Source of the DNA: Deltaproteobacteria bacterium
GTDB taxonomy: Bacteria; Desulfobacterota; Syntrophia; Syntrophales; JAFGHS01
Direction of reading: 5' to 3'
Assembly (NCBI GenBank): GCA_016930075.1
Contig: JAFGHS010000050.1
Span: forward strand, 32,872-96,871
Length of the DNA stretch: 64,000 bases
This document shows, in pieces, positions 60,826-64,000 of this stretch (its first letter is position 1; each line of letters starts with the position of its first letter). The position numbers and the translations under genes were made by a program. The notes under the pieces were generated by a model. It was not told where the DNA came from. It saw nothing but the letters and a program-made list of their open reading frames with translations, and did not search any database.

Positions 60826-61794
60826 ATGCGATACATCATCTACGGCGCCGGCGCCATCGGCGGCGTTATCGGCGCCCGGTTGTTCAGGGCCGGCAAGGAG
60901 GTTATCCTCATCGCGCGCGGTCCGCATCTGGAGGCCATTCATGAACACGGGCTAAAGCTCGAAACGCCGGAATGGACGGAGACCTTCCGCATACCTGCCG
61001 TATCCGGACCCGCAGAAATCCGTTTTCAGGAGGGCGATGCGGTCATCCTCGGCATGAAATCGCAGGACACGGAAGCGGCGGTTACGGCGCTCAGAGCCGC
61101 AGCGGGCGATGTCTTGCCGGTGGTCTGCACCCAGAACGGCGTGGTCAATGAACGGACGGCTCTGCGGCGGTTTGAAAATGTCTATGCCATGCTTGTCATC
61201 CTGCCGGCCATGCATATGGCGCCGGGCGTTGTGGAGCAGAATTTCGCGCCGGTTCCGGGGATATTGGATACGGGGCGTTATCCTGCCGGTATTGATTCAA
61301 CAACGGAAATGATCTGCGCCGATCTGCGGGATGGCGGCTTCAGCGCCTTGGCCGATGCCGCCGTCATGCGTCAGAAATACGCCAAATTGCTGATGAATCT
61401 GACGAACGCCTTTCAGGTGATCTGTGGAAATGAAGCGGACGGCAGAGAGATTCTGAGGGCGGCGCGGCAAGAGGCCATCGCCTGTTACCAGGCAGCGGGC
61501 ATCGACTATGCCACAGATGAAGAAGTCCGCAACCGCCGGGGAAATCTGATTACCATAAAACCGATTGGCGAGGGACGGACACGGGGAAGCTCCTCATGGC
61601 AAAGCGCCATGCGCCGCACCGGTTCAATCGAGGCAGACTGGCTCAACGGCGAGATATGCCTCCTCGGACGTCTGCACGGTGTGCCGACGCCGGTTAATCG
61701 TTTATTGCAGACAACGGCAAACCGCATCGCCCGGGAGAAACTGCCACCGGGATCCATGTCGTCCGAAGAGCTGCTCAGGCTGATGAAGCAATAG
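60826..61794 (+). CDS. Ketopantoate reductase family protein
   Basis: MRYIIYGAGAIGG, K.QD, QNG, KLL.N, SS.QS, E.D..NG; real start 60826 because the upstream extension is repeat DNA. Confidence 0.88.
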   Translation: MRYIIYGAGAIGGVIGARLFRAGKEVILIARGPHLEAIHEHGLKLETPEWTETFRIPAVSGPAEIRFQEGDAVILGMKSQDTEAAVTALRAAAGDVLPVVCTQNGVVNERTALRRFENVYAMLVILPAMHMAPGVVEQNFAPVPGILDTGRYPAGIDSTTEMICADLRDGGFSALADAAVMRQKYAKLLMNLTNAFQVICGNEADGREILRAARQEAIACYQAAGIDYATDEEVRNRRGNLITIKPIGEGRTRGSSSWQSAMRRTGSIEADWLNGEICLLGRLHGVPTPVNRLLQTTANRIAREKLPPGSMSSEELLRLMKQ

Positions 61795-61845
61795 CCGTTG
61801 CCAGAACTTATGAGCTTATGAGATTAATAGAATGGAGACATGTTT

Positions 61846-62302
61846 ATGCAGAAGTATGTGGAACCCCAAAAAGAGATCGATGTTTACTGTGAAGCGGATG
61901 TTATTGTTGTCGGCGGGGGACCGGCGGGATTGGCGCGGCATTGGCCGCGGGCCGGTCGGGCGCCAGGACGGTGATCATCGAGCGGTTCGGCTGTCTGGGC
62001 GGCCTGCAGACCCAGTGTCTACCAGGTCATGTTTACCTTTTGCGATCCCATGCTCCGCGGCGGCGATGGCGACCCGTTGGGCAACCACCAAGGCACGAAC
62101 GGCTTCGGTCCTGGTCGCAAAAGCCGGCATCAACCCCAGGGCCGTCGATATGAAGAAATTGCCGGAGAGCCTGCACGAGCAGGGCGCATTTGTCTCCGTC
62201 GGGGATTTACCCGGCGAAGCCCTGGAAGCCTATCGGGCCATCCAGGAGTTGATCCTGTCGCTGCCGAGGCCGGAATTGTATGATGAAGCGGCAAAATACT
62301 AG
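61846..62302 (+). pseudogene. Internally deleted, frameshifted FAD-dependent oxidoreductase
   Basis: MQKYVEP..EIDV..EADVIVVGGGPAG / AAGRSGART.IIERFGCLGG.QT, then C-terminal PRAVD..KL...L..QGA; total only ~150 codons. Confidence 0.78.
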
Positions 62303-62320
62303 AATAAGGAGAACCAAAGC

Positions 62321-62719
62321 ATGCAGATGAGCAACTATATGGGCGCTACGGGCATCGGCGTGAGCGATCTGAAAAGGTCGGCGGATTTTTATATGAACGT
62401 CTTCGGGATGAAGAAGCTCTGGAAGTTAAAGCTGCCCCACATGCATGAAATAGTCTTGAATCTTGAGGGCGAAAAGGGGGCATCGGTCGTGCTGATGCAT
62501 TATGTTGACGGGTCCGATCCCAATTACAAAAATCTTCCGGTCAAACTGGTGTTTTATGTGACGGACCCGAAGGCGTGCATCGAAAAAATCCGCGGGGAAG
62601 GTCTGGAGATCGTCCGCGATGCGGAACCGGTGCCGGAGCTGCGCAATGCCGTCGTCGGCCTGGCGAAAGACCCGGACGGCTATCTGCTCGAGATCCTTGA
62701 GGCCCAGGCCCAAGCGTAG
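62321..62719 (+). CDS. VOC/glyoxalase family protein
   Basis: GIGVSDL.RS.DFY..VFGM, KDPDGY.LEI. Confidence 0.88.
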   Translation: MQMSNYMGATGIGVSDLKRSADFYMNVFGMKKLWKLKLPHMHEIVLNLEGEKGASVVLMHYVDGSDPNYKNLPVKLVFYVTDPKACIEKIRGEGLEIVRDAEPVPELRNAVVGLAKDPDGYLLEILEAQAQA

Positions 62720-62749
62720 AATCGAGATTCAAGTCAAGAAAATACAAAC

Positions 62750-62983
62750 GTCATTCCGGCGGAGAGACTGCGTCGAAATTCGTTTTTAGTCATTTCGCCC
62801 CCCCGCATGTTGCGGGGGAGAAATCTTGTTGTTTAATGATATGAACAAGGTCAGATTCCTTATCCCGCCGCTGCGGGACTCGGAATGAAAAAGTCTTTTA
62901 TTGTGACACCGTCTCGAAAGCCGGAATCCGGTCCTGCTTGGGTGGGATCATAGAACTGAATTCCTGATTATGTCCGGAATGAC
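62750..62983. mobile_element. Triply nested element: REP doublet > MITE (62764-62915) > REP doublet
   Basis: GTCATTCCGGCG|GAGACTGCGTCGAAA...GTCATTTCG...CGGAATGA...TTGTGACACCGTCTC|GAAAGCCGGAATCC...CCGGAATGAC. Confidence 0.72.
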
Positions 62984-63023
62984 AGGATAAATTATTTTAA
63001 ATACGACAGGAGGTAGTCAAAAC

Positions 63024-64000
63024 ATGAAGGCAGCAATGATTTTAGAAGGCAATCGATTGGAGATTCAAGATGTGCCCAAGCCTGTACCGGCGTTCGAAGA
63101 AGCGTTGGTGAAGATTATAACTGCAGGCGTCTGCCATTCCGACGTACACTTGGTGAAAGGAGACTGGCCGCGGTTTATCCGGTCTTTTCCGACCCCCGTG
63201 GGGCACGAGGGTATCGGTATCATCGAAGCATTGGGCCCCGGAGCTGATAAATACTTCCAGATCGGCGACCGGGTCATCCTTGGCCTGGGCGGCGCAGGCG
63301 GCGCTTACTGGTGCGGCGCCTGTGAATTCTGTCTCAGCGGCAGACCCCGGCTTTGCAGGCAGGCCAAAGGCGTCAGGGGCGTCTACGCCGAATACGTATC
63401 CCTATGGGCGAAAGCATTGGTCAAGCTGCCGGAAGCTGTCAGCAACGAAGAGGTCTCCCTGGCCTGCGGCGGCCTGACCAGTTACAGCGCCGTAAAAAAA
63501 TTCCTCAAGTTCGGCGTTGTACCGGGCAAGCCGATTGCTATCGTTGGCGCAGCGGGCGGCCTCGGCCACTATGCCGTTCAGTCCGCCAAAGCCTTCGGTT
63601 TTAAAGTTCTCGGCGTGGACGTGGGACAGGATAAAATTGATTTCATTAAAAATCACCTGGGTGCGGATTATGCTGTCGATGCCGCGGACGCCCGCCGGTT
63701 TGTCAAGGAAGAGTTGGCTGGGGGAGTATACGGCAGCGTTGTATTCACGCCGAAGATTGCCGGTTTTGCACTGGGTTTGAAGCTCATGAGGCAGGGCGGC
63801 ATATTTGTCAGTGTCGGCATGCCGGCGGAAAGCGAAGGCGGGATCGAAATCAACCCGCTGGAGCTGCTCAGCAGAGATCCGATCATCATGTCGTCGGCCG
63901 TCGGTACGGTGGAGGAAATGCGGGAACTGGTGCAACTGTGCGCCGACGGCAAGGTGAAAAGCCATATCAGCAGGCGCGCGCCGCTGTCTCAGCTTCAGAA
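63024..64000 (+). CDS. Zinc-dependent alcohol dehydrogenase (runs off window end; absent from ORF track)
   Basis: Manual translation: MKAAMI, GVCHSD, GHEG.G, CGACEFC......C, CGGLT.Y, GAAGGLG; RBS AGGAGG. Confidence 0.93.
   Translation, partial: MKAAMILEGNRLEIQDVPKPVPAFEEALVKIITAGVCHSDVHLVKGDWPRFIRSFPTPVGHEGIGIIEALGPGADKYFQIGDRVILGLGGAGGAYWCGACEFCLSGRPRLCRQAKGVRGVYAEYVSLWAKALVKLPEAVSNEEVSLACGGLTSYSAVKKFLKFGVVPGKPIAIVGAAGGLGHYAVQSAKAFGFKVLGVDVGQDKIDFIKNHLGADYAVDAADARRFVKEELAGGVYGSVVFTPKIAGFALGLKLMRQGGIFVSVGMPAESEGGIEINPLELLSRDPIIMSSAVGTVEEMRELVQLCADGKVKSHISRRAPLSQLQ

Noticed and set aside
1..64000. Selenoproteins (in-frame TGA), prompted by selB
   Set aside because: No recognised gene appears interrupted by TGA at a Cys position; the split genes are explained by frameshifts or deletions. 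No formal SECIS search was possible.

Overview
Chromosomal window from an anaerobic deltaproteobacterium. Gene content and order suggest Syntrophales/Desulfobacterota; this is inference, not a database result. Left part: GH13 C-terminus, thiolase, yhaM-selB, ruvX-mltG, then a near-complete dcw cluster (mraZ-rsmH-ftsL-ftsI-murE-murF-mraY-murD-ftsW-murG-murC-murB-ftsQ-ftsA-ftsZ, no ddl) followed by a B12-binding radical SAM gene. Right part is a metabolic/accessory mosaic: TAXI and DctP solute-binding proteins without permeases, VOC proteins, Tex, a DEAD-box helicase, LUD and LLM proteins, a PAS-GGDEF-EAL protein, aldehyde:ferredoxin oxidoreductase, hicBA, an APC permease, a secreted DUF4384 + TPR-CHAT lipoprotein pair, a single-chain acyl-CoA carboxylase, a ferredoxin-domain protein, an aldo/keto reductase, a YddA-like ABC protein, Prc, a ketopantoate-reductase-like protein and a Zn-alcohol dehydrogenase. 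No rRNA, tRNA, CRISPR array or transposase was found. Most unusual signals: (1) GTCAT...ATGAC REP doublets enclosed in several different MITE-like terminal-inverted-repeat shells, one triply nested; (2) a 25-bp palindrome family with copy-specific stem extensions, two copies translated in-frame in the Tex tail; (3) five 'hollowed-out' pseudogenes that keep a gene start and a gene end but lack the middle; (4) FtsZ lacking about 4 residues of the T3 loop, and a frameshifted murE; (5) an exported caspase-like CHAT/DUF4384 module whose two proteins share a TRG motif.
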